Assembly: GCF_001194135.2 (NCBI RefSeq)
Contig: NC_068984.1
Location: 74,857,821 to 74,917,130, forward strand
DNA length: 59,310 bases
Direction: 5' to 3'
From: Octopus bimaculoides
Lineage: Eukaryota
Below the pieces are notes generated by a model. That model was given only the letters and a program-made list of their open reading frames with translations. It did not search any database and was not told the origin of the DNA. Position 1 is the first letter of the stretch; every line of letters starts with the position of its first letter. Position numbers and translations under genes: made by a program. Of the stretch, positions 11,801-27,147 are shown one piece after another.

Positions 11801-14800
11801 TGAACAACAAAAACAACAACAACAATAGTAACAATAGCAACAACAACAACAATAATAATAATAACTGCCCTGAAGCAGTATCAGGCAATGGCTCTCATTG
11901 CTTTTGATCTTAACTGGTCGGAAGTGTTATTATGTACATTGTCTTGTCTCGCTATAAAAGATGGGCTACAACAAATAATCTGTTCAATACCACAGATTTG
12001 CTTGTCAGATGTTTTACCTTAACTAGTTGAGCATGTCCCTTAGTGACTGGCGATATGTTATCACAAGGAGAAGTAGTGGGGAAGTATCATAGCCAAGTGT
12101 TGAGAGGAATTCTTTGGGGTTTGAATAATTCATATTCTGGAAACATGGGTCTTTTGTTCATCGTCCTTAAAACAAATTTTGTTCAGGGAAATTTTGAGTG
12201 GAATGAGCGACTCGACCTGAAGAAAATTCTAACTGAGACCCATCTGCAAGGTTATGCGTTGTTAGTGTTAGATCATTTTTGATTCCGGTTGACGTAAGTC
12301 TTGTTATACTTTGTTGTACCTTTGTCGATGGTTCTCCCCGCGCGAGTGAACCATGTTTTGTTGAATTTGTTAAATACCGTTTCTGTTTTTGTTAAATTTT
12401 GTGTTTGTCTTCTTCCCTATTTTGGGGCGAAGTAAATGAAAAAATAAAATAAAATGGAATGTAAACCAGTTCCAGTACATGCCGGGAGTTATGCTTCAGC
12501 AGCTGGGAAAGGTGCAGATTCGCTAGAAGTGCGAAAAAATTAAAATTGAACAAAGGAAGCTAAAGCAATGCTACAGGCTGATTCAGAAGGAGGGATCAAT
12601 TTTAAAACTGACCCCTCCAGAAGAAGTGACAACAAGTACCAAGAAAAGAACAGTGGTGTACAGAACACTGTCTACAACCACAAAGAAAACAGAGATTGCT
12701 ACGGAAGAAGTAATTAAAGAATGTCTGAAGAAAATTAAGCACGGGACAACATTCTATACAAGAGGAAGAACATACGGCACGGTGGAGGTGAGATTTGCCA
12801 ACGAACAGGAAGTAATAAATCATTCCACTGTGACGCTAAATACAGAAAAATGGGTACTTGTGTGGCAAAAGGGTCGCTAGAATTAGAATAAGCAGAGTAC
12901 CACCAGAGATCAAAGAAGCATGGCTGGTGGCAGCCGTAATGCCCAAAACTGAGGAAGACGCCAAAATTCTAAAGGTAAATTGTTGGGGATACGGACTAGA
13001 AATGGTCATCCAGATCGGACAACAAGATCTAAATTAAATTGCTGAAGAAATAATACTATCGAAGGACATAAGGTTGAGAGTGGTGGTAGAAGGAAGGCCA
13101 CCAATTAGCTATTAGAGTAAAGTGTCGAAAGAGAGAAAATAAAAACGAGGAAAGCCAATAGGAGCAGAATGCCGAAATAGCGGACTTAGAAAATGAAAAA
13201 TGCACGAAAGAAGCGGGAGAACCATTTACGGAGGTAACCAAAACGAAAAGGAAAAGAACCAGTGAACTCACCTCCAGAGAGTTCAATAAAGAAAAAAAAC
13301 GTAGAGTGAAATAGACTGTACACATTTTCCACTAAATGAACCTCCACCAGCATCAACAACGAAGGAAAAAGAAAAGGAAACCATCACAGACAACTCAATT
13401 CCACTGCAGGAACGAACAGTCAAAAGACCAGGAAAAAACAAATGACATATGGTATACAAAAAACAAATGGCATATGGTATACAAAAAACAAATGGCATAT
13501 GGTATACAAAAAACACAGATATAGAAGGGGAAATCACCAAATTTAAATCGGTGATAAGAGTTAAATTACCAACGGAACATTACCCAGAAAGTACAACAGC
13601 CATAGTAATAGACAAAGAGAGATATGAGAAATTGAAGAAATGGCTTGGAAACAAAATAGACCCAATAGGATGAAGGTAGAGTTTGACGACCTACCGCCAG
13701 TTATATGTTACGACGACTTGTTGCCATATAATAAATGGTAGAGTGTGAGTAAGCTTAAAAAATTTTAAAGACTACACATACGATATTAAAGGGGAAAAAA
13801 GAGAAAAATAAAGAGAAAAAATTATATAAACACTTTGTACTGAAACAGTTAAATGGTACTGTTTGAGAGTGGGGTTCAAGCGGCTGTTACATCCTCATTT
13901 AAATATTATACATCTTTCATTCATTCGTGTCATTTTTTTGCGCCCATTGTGGTGTTCTGTTTGTCCTTGTGCCGTCCCCCTCTGTGTCATGGCTTGTGTG
14001 CCAAATATAGAAAACAGTCAGCGAAGTATGCCGTACTGGTCAGTCACGCAGACGACGAAATACGTCGTCATAATGCGGGACATATCAATATTTCAGTTCA
14101 AAGTAATCTCAAACATTTAAACATTACTAATTTTATAAACGCAGAAGACTTGCTAGTATGAACATAGTATATATTACTGAGAAATAAATATATCAAGTTA
14201 TATAAAAATATACCTTTGGCTCTTTTTCAGATTCCCTTCAAAGTTATTACCAAAATTACTATCAATTGGGATCCATGAGGCGTAACCCATTAAGAGGTAA
14301 ATATAATTAAACTACACAATGTTTTTTGATCATTGACAAACTACACTGGATTGTAATTGGCTATTTCATCTAAAAGTCTGAAGCAAGTTTATGATTTTTC
14401 ACGATATACCACAGTGCTGAAGGGAATATACTTGGCTTTCTGCTTGATCTTCCTTAGAAACGTATATCTATAGGAAAAAGTGGATAAGAAAAGTGGTCCA
14501 ATGTGCTTTAGTTCCGCTGGAGTACGTTTTCTTTGAAACGCATTCAGTGTAGTGTCTTTGAGAGAAGAAGAGTAAAAGAGATGAGAATTAAAGGCGTACA
14601 TATATCGGATACACATACACACATATATGCATACGCACATATACACATACATAAATGTAAATATGTATCTATTTGTGTGTGTGCGTGCGTGTGTGTTTAT
14701 ATAAGATATAAGTATATTAATACTTATTTTTTAACATCTACTCCTATTTGAAACGTTTAAATATTCTTAATGTTAAAAATTCAGAAGAGGATGTGCTATG

Positions 14801-16219
14801 ATTACAAGTAGATCGGTGGTGCTCAAGACGTTGTTGGCACTCCGTCGCTTACGACGTCGAGGGTTCCAGTTGATCCGATCAACGGGACAGACTGCTCGTA
14901 AAATTAACGTGCAAGTGGCTGAGCACTCCACAGACACGTGTACCCTTAACGTAGTTCTCGGGGATATTCAGCGTGACACAGTGTGACAAGGCTGTCCCTT
15001 TGAAATACAGGTACAACAGAAACAGGAAGAAAGAGTGAGAGAAAGTTGTGGTGAAAGAGTACAGCAGGGTTCGCCATCATCCCCTGCCGGAGCCTCGTGG
15101 AGCTTTAGGTGTTTTCGCTCAATAAACACTCACAAGGCCCGGTCTGGGAATCGAAACCACGATCCTATGACCGCGAGTCCGCTACCCTAACCACCGGGCC
15201 ATTGCGCCTCCACTGGTGTCCAAGATACAGCAGGGCTAAAAGTAAAACATGTCAAACCGTGATCATAATCGATAGTAGCTACCATATATATAAGTGAAAC
15301 TTGAAGTAGATAGAGCTACAGATAACTCAATATTGGACATTTTCCTTAACTGGGATTTGTAACTTAATATTTATTTATCTATTTTGAGTTCAACCGTAAA
15401 AATATTTTAATTCTCACAAAGTACTATTTTCATATTTTCATATCTGATTCAGTTGTTTTAGATGAATGTATGTCCAAATGTCTATTTGTACTCGTACGTG
15501 CGTGTCTATAATTGTATATTGATGTGTTGTTATATGTATACATGAATGTGAATTATTAGGTGTAAGAATGCATACACACACAAGCACGCACACACACACA
15601 CACACACATGCACGCACACATACTCATACACACACACACATATATATATATATACTTGTATAGGCAAGTATATATATGCATCTACACATACATGTATACG
15701 TATATACATATTGATATGCATATCTTCGTACCTGTATAAGTCACTATNNNNNNNNNNATATAAGAGCACTCATGTACATATGTAGGTGTCTGCTTTTATC
15801 TTTTTGTATGTGTATATATACACGTGTATGTGTATTTTTCTTGGTGTTATATATATAGCTCAGAAAAAGACCCCATTCCATATGTGTGTGCGTGTGTGTA
15901 TAACCCAGTAAAAGACTCCATTCCATAAAGATACACATATGTATGTATGCATATATGTATCAGTCTCTAAGCGGGTTTTCTCTCTCTCAATTCCATGAAG
16001 ATGTTATATTATATTTGATTGCGCATGTAACCAACTGTATGAATTCAAAAGCTTTCCCCATAGACATGACCTTCATTTAAATGACTCTGAGGAAGCTATA
16101 AATGTTTCACTAGTACTCAGCTCGAACAGCAAGCTTCTTGTTTCAGAAGCAAATGTAAACTAATGAAAGAAATTACGTAACTCCTGTTCTTTTGTATTTC
16201 ATTAAATTATATATCTATA

Positions 16220-16271
<52 letters not shown>

Positions 16272-16701
16272 GGAAAATGACAAGTTTTAACAGAGAAAAT
16301 ATCAATTTATTTATATAGTAGCCAATTTCATATCGCCTACGTACGTTTCAATTTCTTACCTTCATTCATATTTTAGAATTAATATTGCATTAAGCATTTA
16401 AATGTTAAAAAATCTCTTCAGGGCAAAAATTGACAAAATATATCCTAATGAATGGAGAGTTGCTTTACCGACTGAAGTAACAGCATACGCGCGTGCGGGT
16501 GCATATTTTGGCACAAGGCCAGCAATTTTAGTAGGACCGGTTAGTCGATTACATCGATTCTAGTACTTGATTGATGACTATCTCATCGACCTCAAAAGGA
16601 TGAAAGCAAAGCCAATATCAGCAGAATTTGAACTCAGAAAATAAAAGGCCGGATGAAATGCCGTTAAGCAATTTTGTCAGGTGTGCAAATGACTCACCGC
16701 C

Positions 16702-16732
<31 letters not shown>

Positions 16733-18702
16733 CATACATAAATACATACTAATCAGATGTTGATATTTCACAGAAATATCTAAAGATTAGATTTTTATCT
16801 TGTAATTATTTATAATGTGTATAACAATATAATTCTATAAAATATATCATAAATTGCTTTCTTTTTAATGATTTCAGATTTACAAACATTGGCATCGTTT
16901 GCTTCAAATGGTAATGGTGAGAGGATACATTATTTATATGAGATTTGGTTTTTGGCGTATAAGGTGTATGAAGTGATTGACTCTGTAGAAAGTATTAGGG
17001 TTACCGAGAAGTAATTTCATATTTTCAAGCTAACAGCAACTGAAAAAAATCGGTGTCAAAATTATCTGGTACTTAGAGTGGGAAAGAAAATTAACGTCAC
17101 AATATCTGGGATATTTAGAGTGGGAAAGTGTATAGATATGGGAATTGGAATACCTCATGATCTATCCCCCGAGAATGAAACAGTATGTTAAACAATTTGC
17201 TAACCAGGAATGAACAAACACCTTTTCTGATGAGAAATAGACAGTCCATGCCAATAATAAACGTAAGAAGCACTGACTATCGCCAAATGAAAATCCAGTT
17301 CCGACACTCAAACAAGATACTACTGTGTGTTTGGTAGAGTACGATAGGTGTTGTTCACTTCGAATAATTGGAACAAGGAAAAAACATTACCGTAGAAATT
17401 TATTGTCAACAATTTGAAAGTGTCGATCAGGATTTGTTCCAAAACAACCAGCTCTTGTCAACAGGGAAGGGATCATCGGGCAACATTCAGCAAAGATAGT
17501 TCAAGAAAAGGTAAATTCATTTGACTGAGAAACTCTTCCTCTTCTTCCCTACTCACCAGATGTAGTCCCATCAGATTTTACTTCTGATGAATAGAGCTTT
17601 GGATTTATTCACCAGAAGATACGCATATACGGCTATTGCCGTGGAATATTAATGCAATGCTGTGCATAACGTATGTAACATTCAGAAAGGAATAGCTGCT
17701 ATATTTCATTCAATTTGCCATCAAGTAGCTTCGGGCTGGACAATAACATTAATGAGATGAATAATGAAAAAATGGTATTAATGAGGGAAGGCAGAAGACG
17801 CCCGCCTATCTCTACCTCTTTAAAACATTGTTCTTTTACAAACATACAATTTGAGGTAATAGACCTCTTACTAATGTTCCATTTGGACACAAGATCCTTA
17901 CAATGAGGTACTAAGCCTCTTACCAAAAATAACATAATGTCCTTACAAATGAGACACTAGGCTTCTTACATTTTCTCTTATGGGCCATATGCCCGTTCAG
18001 TATGAGGCATTCAGCCTCTTAATTTTACTATTTTCCGCCCCGCCGGCACCCGACCAGGCTCAAAGCGTCATTCAAGCACTCCGATAGTGCCAGGTCAGCG
18101 GAAGCGGAATACATCTTCTGGGAAGGAGTCCATTACCTTAACAAGATCCGTGTCTGAGATGACCTGCGGAGGCCATCCAGGATCCTTAATGCAGGTTATG
18201 TCTCCACCCCTGGCAAACTTTTTAGTAAACTTTCCCACCACCTCTCCCCTTCGGGAGAAGACCAAATATTCTTCCTCCATTGGGCCGAGGCCACAATTTT
18301 TCACTGCCCCATTTTTCTTCTTTTTTCTGCTCTTTGCTACGGGAGGGTGTAGTTCCTCCGCTTTAACCGGGAGATCTTCCCTCCCTCCCGCATCCTTGGG
18401 GTCCTTCGGTGGGCAACCATTGTTGCCCACCTTTTTCCTTTTTTCCCCTTTTTTTCGGGGGTGTTTTCACTTCCTCCATCTCTCCCTCCGAAGGAGGAGG
18501 TGGGGATTCTTCCATCACTGACTGTTCCAGGACTATACTTTGGTCCTGTGGACAGTTCTTTTTAATGTAGCCTGGTTCCAGGCACAGGTGACACTTGGGG
18601 GGCGTCCCTCAAGAGTCACCGGATATCTAGAACCGGCCATTTTAAGAATATCTGGAAACACCAGATTCTTGGCTAATTGGGTCCACAGGGTCAAACTATC
18701 TA

Positions 18703-18799
<97 letters not shown>

Positions 18800-21700
18800 G
18801 TAGGTACATACATATATACACACCCATATATGGGTGTGTACATATACGCACCCATACACATGCGCGCGCGCGAACACACACGCACGCACACACACACACA
18901 TGCACACACATGCACACACAGAAATAGCGGCTACACATTTTTTCATCTGAAAAATTACACCCGATGATTACTTCCTTCTTTCCTTCTCTAGTCCACGAAG
19001 CCCTGAAAAACAAAAGAAAAATATGAGGAGCCCTTTCCCTTTGTCTCTAACTAAAACCGTTAAAGCATCATCTCATAAAAGTTTCGTGCTATAAAACCAG
19101 TGTTAAGCATCATCCTTCATCTTCTGTTTGAATCACCTTGGCACATAACGTTAGGAGTGAATGTGATTTTATCTGCACTTATCAGTATGGAGTCACTAAT
19201 ATTGGAGCTTGATAAAAATTTCTCCGATAGATGAATTCAAATTTCTATATACATTGGTAAGAAGTCTTCGAAATGTAATGTATTTTCTAAAATGTCTTCT
19301 ACTCTTGTTTTGTTTTTGTTTTGTTTTTTCTTTTGTTCTTGTTTTCCTGCTTTCCAGAATCGTACAAAAATGCCAGTTTCTTTTCGTTAAAAATAGTAAA
19401 GTGATTTATCATTTCAAGTATATATCAGTTTCTGTGTAGAGAGATATAGAGCGGAAAGAATTGTGCTCTTCTGAATATGAAGATATTCTTTTTATATTAT
19501 TTTCTTTTTGTAGTTTCAATCTTGTTTCTTTTAGTTTCAGTGTTCATCCTAAATATGCCTAAGTGGAAAACTGGCAGATCTGTTAGAGCGTCGAGTAGAA
19601 TGCATGGCGGCATTCCTTCTCATTCGCTGAGGTCTCTATCCAAATCCTGCCATGATTAACTTTGCCCTTGGTCTTTTGGGGATCAGCCGATTTGCTCTCT
19701 CTGTTTCCTTTCCTGGTGGAAATCAAACATAAAGATGAGCTCTGCCAGGTTGCAATGCGCAAGATACACAGTATATCACGACGACACCCCTACAACTTCA
19801 TCAAGAAGGCAAGGCATTTATGTCTACTCTGAGTGAGTAGACGTCGGAGTGATTTCATTTTAACAAAAATGCAAGGAGCTCGGTTGCATATAATCACCCA
19901 TTGATACAGTGTGTCTTCTTCAGTGAAGAACACTTAACTTTGAAAATCCATCTAGAAAATCCTATGTACGTATCTCGTGTGGTATTACAAAATATCTCAC
20001 TGTAATCAGCACAATGATTTGTCGGTTTTTAATACCACGATCAATTCATACGAAACGAAAAGTTATTTATGGCCCGATATTTATCAAATTGTCAGAAGAG
20101 AAACGAACAATGACTGTATTTGCAGGTTGTCCCAGAAGTATAAGACAGATAAGCAAATATCGAGACTTGTCGCCTTTAGTTCGATATATACTGGCAGCTC
20201 AGCTTCCTAAATGCGAGGAAAATTCTCTATATTCTGCTTCATTAGTATAAATTATTTCAGACGAGTTGCTTTTTCGGAAGAAATATCAATACAGATTTTT
20301 TACCCTTAATTTAATAGTTTAAGCTTTTTTTGATATTACATTTTTACTGTTTGACAAACCAAAAAGTATATCCGATACATGAATAATATTTTAATATCAT
20401 TTGTTGTAAGCAATTCCAGAACCCACATTCAACGCGTGGAGGAGTAATGTGAACAGAGGTACGTATATATCACTATAACATATCGAATTGATTTAAAGAT
20501 ATATAAATAGAATAAAATAGAAAACAACCAATGAGCCTTTAAGTTTGCTTCCCATGAACAACATACTACTTCATGTTTTGTTATATGAAGTACTAAAATG
20601 TACATACATTCATTCACGTACAAATACTCACACAGACTCACACAACTCATGCAACTGCGGTCTTAGATGTTCGTCTGATTATCCTGCACGAAACGGAGCA
20701 AATGTACATCGCATACATTTGATCACTATAAACAAATCTTTTGTGCAAGTCATTCGGTATAAAAGCTGAATATTTATACGTCCTCTTCGACGAGAAAGTC
20801 CATCATATTCAAAATAATTAAATCGAGTGAATTGTGAACATATTTCACCGGAACTCGCAGCATCGCGCGACAGAAATATGCTTTGCTGCACTGCATTTAA
20901 AAGTTTAATATAAACTCTTACATCTGTAAAACAAAATTACTGATGCTAAAAGCATTAAAGTTAGTGTTAGCATATTTAATGAGCTGGGTCTTAAATATTT
21001 AAGTAGGAATATATATTCGGTGAAGAAAAAACAAGAGCTCAACAAATAGTATAATTTCCATCGTCTTGTAAAAAAGGGGAGACAAGTCTGGAACTGACTC
21101 GGCTTTTCTCAGAGCAGATTAGACTTCATTGCACTAACCGAAATCATGATGGAACAAGTACTAAGCAGCAATTCAGCAGTGTACACGAACAGGCGTCAAA
21201 AATTACCTTTCAAAAGCAAATCAGTTAGGTTAATTACCTAGAAACGCCATCTGCACTACAAAACATCTATTAAATTGGTCCTAAAACATTTAATACAATT
21301 AAGTATTAATAATCTAATTAGAAATACTTATTTAGTGCGGGAAAACGTTGCTGATATTATTTTAATCGTTTTAATAGGTTAAGGAGAGACTCGAACGTAT
21401 TATGATTTCCTTAAGCCACCTCAACGAAATGAAGATTTTATCGTATTTTTTACATGTATACTAGGTTTTCAGCATGTTATATTCATGACATGGATTCAAT
21501 TCAAAGCGGAAAGTGATCGGTTAATTAGATCTACATTGCTGACGTTCTTTATAATAGCACGCAAAACCCAATTTCTTGCGTACAGAAGTCTAAAGTTTTA
21601 AGTATAAGTAAGAAATATTTCAAATCAATTAATATGATTTGTTTTTCTTTATAAAAATGTTTAATGTTAATTCTTCCTCTTGTTTATATTCCACAGACTA

Positions 21701-23142
21701 TGGTGGCGTGGCTACACCTGCAAGTAAGTCGATTATATATATATTGTTGTTAAATATGAATATCCAACCGTAAGATAAATTTTATCATAGTATATTTCTT
21801 TCCTTACTTATAATTCTCTATTCTCCTTAAGATTTTCTTTTTGTATCATACTATATATTCTATGTGTTTTTTAGAATGATACATTAAGGATCTGTTTTAT
21901 GAATACCACCGGGTTAGTTGAATCACTATATTGTAACTTAAGTTTATATATTCATTTATTTAATTTTATATTTCTCTCACTATTTCAATGTTAATTCTGA
22001 AGTTTGTTTAAAAGTTTTAGTGTCTAGTATTTCAGTGCCTAAGTACGTAAGAGGTAATTTTGTCGGGATGTTTGTTGAGAGTTGGTGGTCTTGGCGTAGA
22101 GTATTTCTAGATTCCTAGCTGTGCAAATTTGCTCAGTGTGTTAAAATCTACATAAGAGAATGCCTTTACTATGTTCGAACTCAAGCAGTAAGAGATGTTC
22201 CTGCTCTGCATTCGTAGACGAAGCTTGCTAATGCAGTAGCATTTTTTTCTAAAAGGTTTAAGAGCACGTGATTGTTTTGGTAATAGCGAACCATAAAATT
22301 ATTAGGAGTATGGCTAATACTATATGTATTTTGGATATTTGGCTATTTTGTAGTAAGTACTGGTAAACTATACTTTTTGCGAAGTATCTGCAGTAATTTG
22401 GAATATTCAGATTCTGATAGCTGCAATTCTTAATAATAGCGTCTCTTTCGGTTGGATCAATTTGGAAAGATTAGAGGAAGCGAAGGTTTGAAAGAAATGA
22501 GGACTGATGAAATTTCAAAATGATCACATTATGATTAAATCTAAAGCATTAGGTCTAATCTTGCAATAATCATTTTAATACAATTTGCTTTGGGTCCGAA
22601 ACTGAAAAATAACACTTAGTGGAAGCTATATCTTCCCTCTACGTCACATCATACACTCTTTTCCCGTCTTCTCTGTTTACTGCTAAGCATTATACCCACC
22701 TCCTTAACCCCTGTCTCTTGTCTAAATAAATATATATATACATATTTAGTGATGCTGAATGTAGCCATTTGCTGTGGACATGATCAATAAGTATGGAAAC
22801 AGGACTAACTCTGTAAAAAAGTGACTTATACAATAATATGCTATTCTATACATCTTGATGTATTGAGTGTCTCCACTGTCCTGTTTTTGTTCCCAACTTT
22901 GACCCTCCATAAATCCAGAATTTATTTTGGCATTTATCGGAACAGCTGTTTTCGAAGACTCAAATGGTCGTTGAGTGCCTGAAATGAGGAGTAGATAGAC
23001 AGCCGACAACTGATGAAGAGTCGTTCTTTGTGTTACTTGTTTTCTCTCTCGTTGTTTGCGTATTTAACTCATTTGTTTTTGTACTTCATGTTGTTTACTG
23101 TTGTCACCAACACTGTACTCATATATAAATATATATATATTT

Positions 23143-23184
<42 letters not shown>

Positions 23185-23997
23185 ATCTCAAAAGTGATTC
23201 GGTATCTAGTCGCGAAACCAGTTTATGTAGTAGAATTGTAGTTTCGATTTGCAGGTTGACTTCCTGCGTCGATATCGCTGAGATCCTATTTAACTAGTCA
23301 CACAAGTATTTTACAGGAAAATATTGAAACTAAAGGAGGTTAAAAAAAAGAAGCTTACTTTGATTAAATTCCCCAAAGGGTTTTATATTTTTATAGCTGG
23401 TGGAATTTTGATATTGTCTCGTTTAGGATCTCCACATGAGAAAATAAATGGCATGAACTTTAATCAATGTCTAACCGAAGCCGAAACATGATCTTTTCTT
23501 AACCAGGCTACGTGTTGTATGAGCACAATATAGTCGATTGATATTGATTCTAGTGGGCTAAAGATGGCTGTGTTGCAGTACGATCTCAAAATTAACAAAT
23601 ACAAAATTTAATACTATAACGCATTTAAACATTTATCTTTTGCAAAAACCGGAAAACTGGAGATATATTTTGCACGTGATCAGCTATCCACTATCCATAT
23701 TTGTACAATCTCGTGTTAGTATGATATTGATCAACCAGCTTATATTTAACAGCTCAAATCATTTATTGTAAGCTTTTTATAAATCTGTCATCTAGGTTAA
23801 ACGACACACGAGAAATTTATTTTAGGGAAGTAGGCGCAGGAGTGGCTGTGTGGTAAGTAGCTTGCTTACTAACCACATAGTTCCGGGTTCATTCCCACTG
23901 CGTGGCACCTTGGGCAAGTGTCTTCTACTATAGCCTCGGGCCGACCAAAGCCTTTTGAGTGGCTTTGGTAGAGGGAAACTGAAAGAAGCCCATCGTA

Positions 23998-24073
<76 letters not shown>

Positions 24074-26680
24074 TGTCTGTATATGTTTGTGTGTCTGTGT
24101 CCCCCCCAACATCGCTTGACAACCGATGGTGGTGTATTTAGGTCCCCGTAACTTAGGGGTTCGGCAAAAGAGACCGATAGAATAAGTACTAGGCATCCAA
24201 ATAATAAGTCCTGGGGTCGATTTGCTCGACTAAAGGCGGTGTTCCAGCATGGCCGCAGTCAAATGACTGAAACAAGTAAAAGAGTAAAAGAGTATAGATA
24301 ATTTGAATCAATCACATTAAATTTCTGATGTAGTGCTTATTGAATGGGGACTAACAGACTAAGTAAACTCAGGAAAGTACTGTATTCACCATAAGACATT
24401 TAATCCAAGCTTTGGATGTTTCTACCACTTTACCTACTTAGTAGTATACAATATTGGAACGTATTAAGATACAAACGCTATATATCTTTAGTTACAGGAA
24501 ATGTGGTGTGTCATACTCATGCTTGAGTCTTTTAGTGACGTAATTCAAATGGATAATAGTTTCAAATGCGTTGTGTAGACTTACTTATTCATGTATTAAT
24601 GTAAGGCAACAACTAAAATATGGATTATCTTTTTCCTAAATTACGTTTTCCATATGTAAAATCTTTACCGTATATTTAATTCACAGCAAGACGAGGTGAC
24701 TTGTTATATATTGCAAATGCTCTATTTGTCTTACGCTTAAATTACCAAAATCTCACAACTATCAAAGAAATTTTCACTATATAGATGATCTATTTTAACT
24801 ATACAATCATGTAGAAACTTGTATTTTGCATTTCCTATTAATCTTCCACTGAAATTACCTAGATACTTTGACTATTTAAAACCATTTGGGTATTAAATAA
24901 CTACGATAATACTTAATAAGAAAATTAAGAAAATGTTTTTATACTTTTTCTTTCAAATGTTTTATACCATCACAGAAAGTGCTGAAATGTTTGCAAAGAA
25001 AGAGAACGGTAAGTTGATATACATTTCTCAAAAGACATAATTTTCTATCACAAAATAATATTTGGGGGGTCACTTCCGATCATTTGGTATTCATTTGCAA
25101 AGCGATACAATTGATGTGGGTGACCTTGCTGGTGGCCCTTAAAACTCATGTAGTCAGACTAGATATTTACTAAATGGCTGTTCAATACAAGATGGTTTTA
25201 CAACAAGATGTACATAATAACTATTATAACACAGTCCTTAATTTGAGTTATAGAATATACATTTACAAGTACTACCTGTTCCATGATTGAGTGGTCGGCA
25301 ACTAAACCGACTTCCCCACCTGAGTTGGTTGCTATTCTTGAGAAGGGTGTCTAGACACCCAGCAGTACTAAAAGTAAGACATGTCGAAGGACAAATGAGC
25401 TCCTTGTGGGCCAACGGCCATCGAGTTGAGGAAAGCCATGGAAAACCATCTCAATATCTTTGAAAAGAAAGCACTATAAGAAAGTCAAAGTTTTATGGCT
25501 TCATCCGATGGGAGAAGACGCGCTTAATCAGGAAAACTCTTACCTTAGCGTCATTAACGCGCTGCAAAAGCGTACGATACATGGCGACGACCATGATGAC
25601 ATTTACAACAATTATAAACAGAAGAGCCGAAATGCAAAAGCAAAATAATAAAGATGAGTTAGGACTTCGGTGTGTATCCTAAACATATGTACGTAAGTTG
25701 TACATCATAATTAAAAACATGTATATCAAATGTACAACAGATGGAATATGCATGCCAGCCTCAACCAGTAACAGTTACTGAATGTAGCTAGCATATCCCG
25801 TCTTTTATTCTCTAATGGTATTAGCCATCGGACAATCGTCATTCCTGAACACTGTCTTCAAAGGTTTCTGGGCAGTTACATTGATTCTTGTATGTTTTTC
25901 TGCTGCTTACTTAGAAAAGATATAGACTACAAAGTGAATGTTGCTTTGTGTGGTAGAAAAGTCAGATATATATACCGCAGAGTATGTGATCGAATATATG
26001 ATCGAATATATCAGTTTCCCACATGAAGATATATCATAACATTTACTCGTGATGATGGAGCCTCAGTTCGATGTGTAATTTAAATATAGCGCTGACCGTT
26101 TCTTATAGTCAATTAAAGATCCATATACTATGCATGTTATGTATAAATGAGTTGGGGGAAGAAAACGGAGACGTTTGAGTGTACTTGAAAAATTTTCGTA
26201 AACTATATCTGCTAAATTGCCTAGGCAAGAACAATGCTAAATTGATAAGCAAAAATCGGGTCTACGTCCACAGCAGTGCTTCAGTTTCCAATTTTCCTTA
26301 AACGTGTTAATTTACTTCAATTTATTCTTCATTTCTTGAAAATACTTCCACTTCTTATTCAGAGCATTTAAAAACTATCGTTGGGCTTCTGTTTATTCTC
26401 TTTTCTGTCAGTTATCCAAAATTTTAACAAATGTAAAATTATCATATGTACGTCTTTCAGTGCATCAATTTTAGCTTCTAATGCAAATTCATATCACTGG
26501 CTACTTTCAGCCGTTGCCTTTTAGCACGCACACACGCACACACGCACGCACACACACACACACACACACACATACACACACGAAACACAGACACACACAC
26601 ACACACACAAAACACACACATTAACTACAATATGTATATATATATTGTTTAAAATATATGTACATATTATACACATATCA

Positions 26681-26755
<75 letters not shown>

Positions 26756-27069
26756 NNNNNNNNNNNNNNNNNNNNNNNNNNNNNNNNNNNNNNNNNNNNN
26801 NNNNNNNNNNNNNNNNNNNNNNNNNNNNNNNNNNNNNNNNNNNNNNNNNNNNNNNNNNNNNNNNNNNNNNNNNNNNNNNNNNNNNNNNNNNNNNNNNNNN
26901 NNNNNNNNNNNNNNNNNNNNNNNNNNNNNNNNNNNNNNNNNNNNNNNNNNNNNNNNNNNNNNNNNNNNNNNNNNNNNNNNNNNNNNNNNNNNNNNNNNNN
27001 NNNNNNNNNNNNNNNNNNNNNNNNNNNNNNNNNNNNNNNNNNNNNNNNNNNNNNNNNNNNNNNNNNNNN

Positions 27070-27147
<78 letters not shown>

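Noticed and set aside
14830-15213. tRNA-like heads in SINE families A, B and C as tRNA genes
   Set aside because: Each head is fused to a long non-tRNA body and occurs as dispersed diverged copies, so these are SINEs rather than tRNA genes
19358-19375. Strong pyrimidine tract + CAG with an 18-nt phase-1 reading (xSYKNA)
   Set aside because: Only a weak gtttct donor; the tract is low-complexity (TTTTG)n sequence
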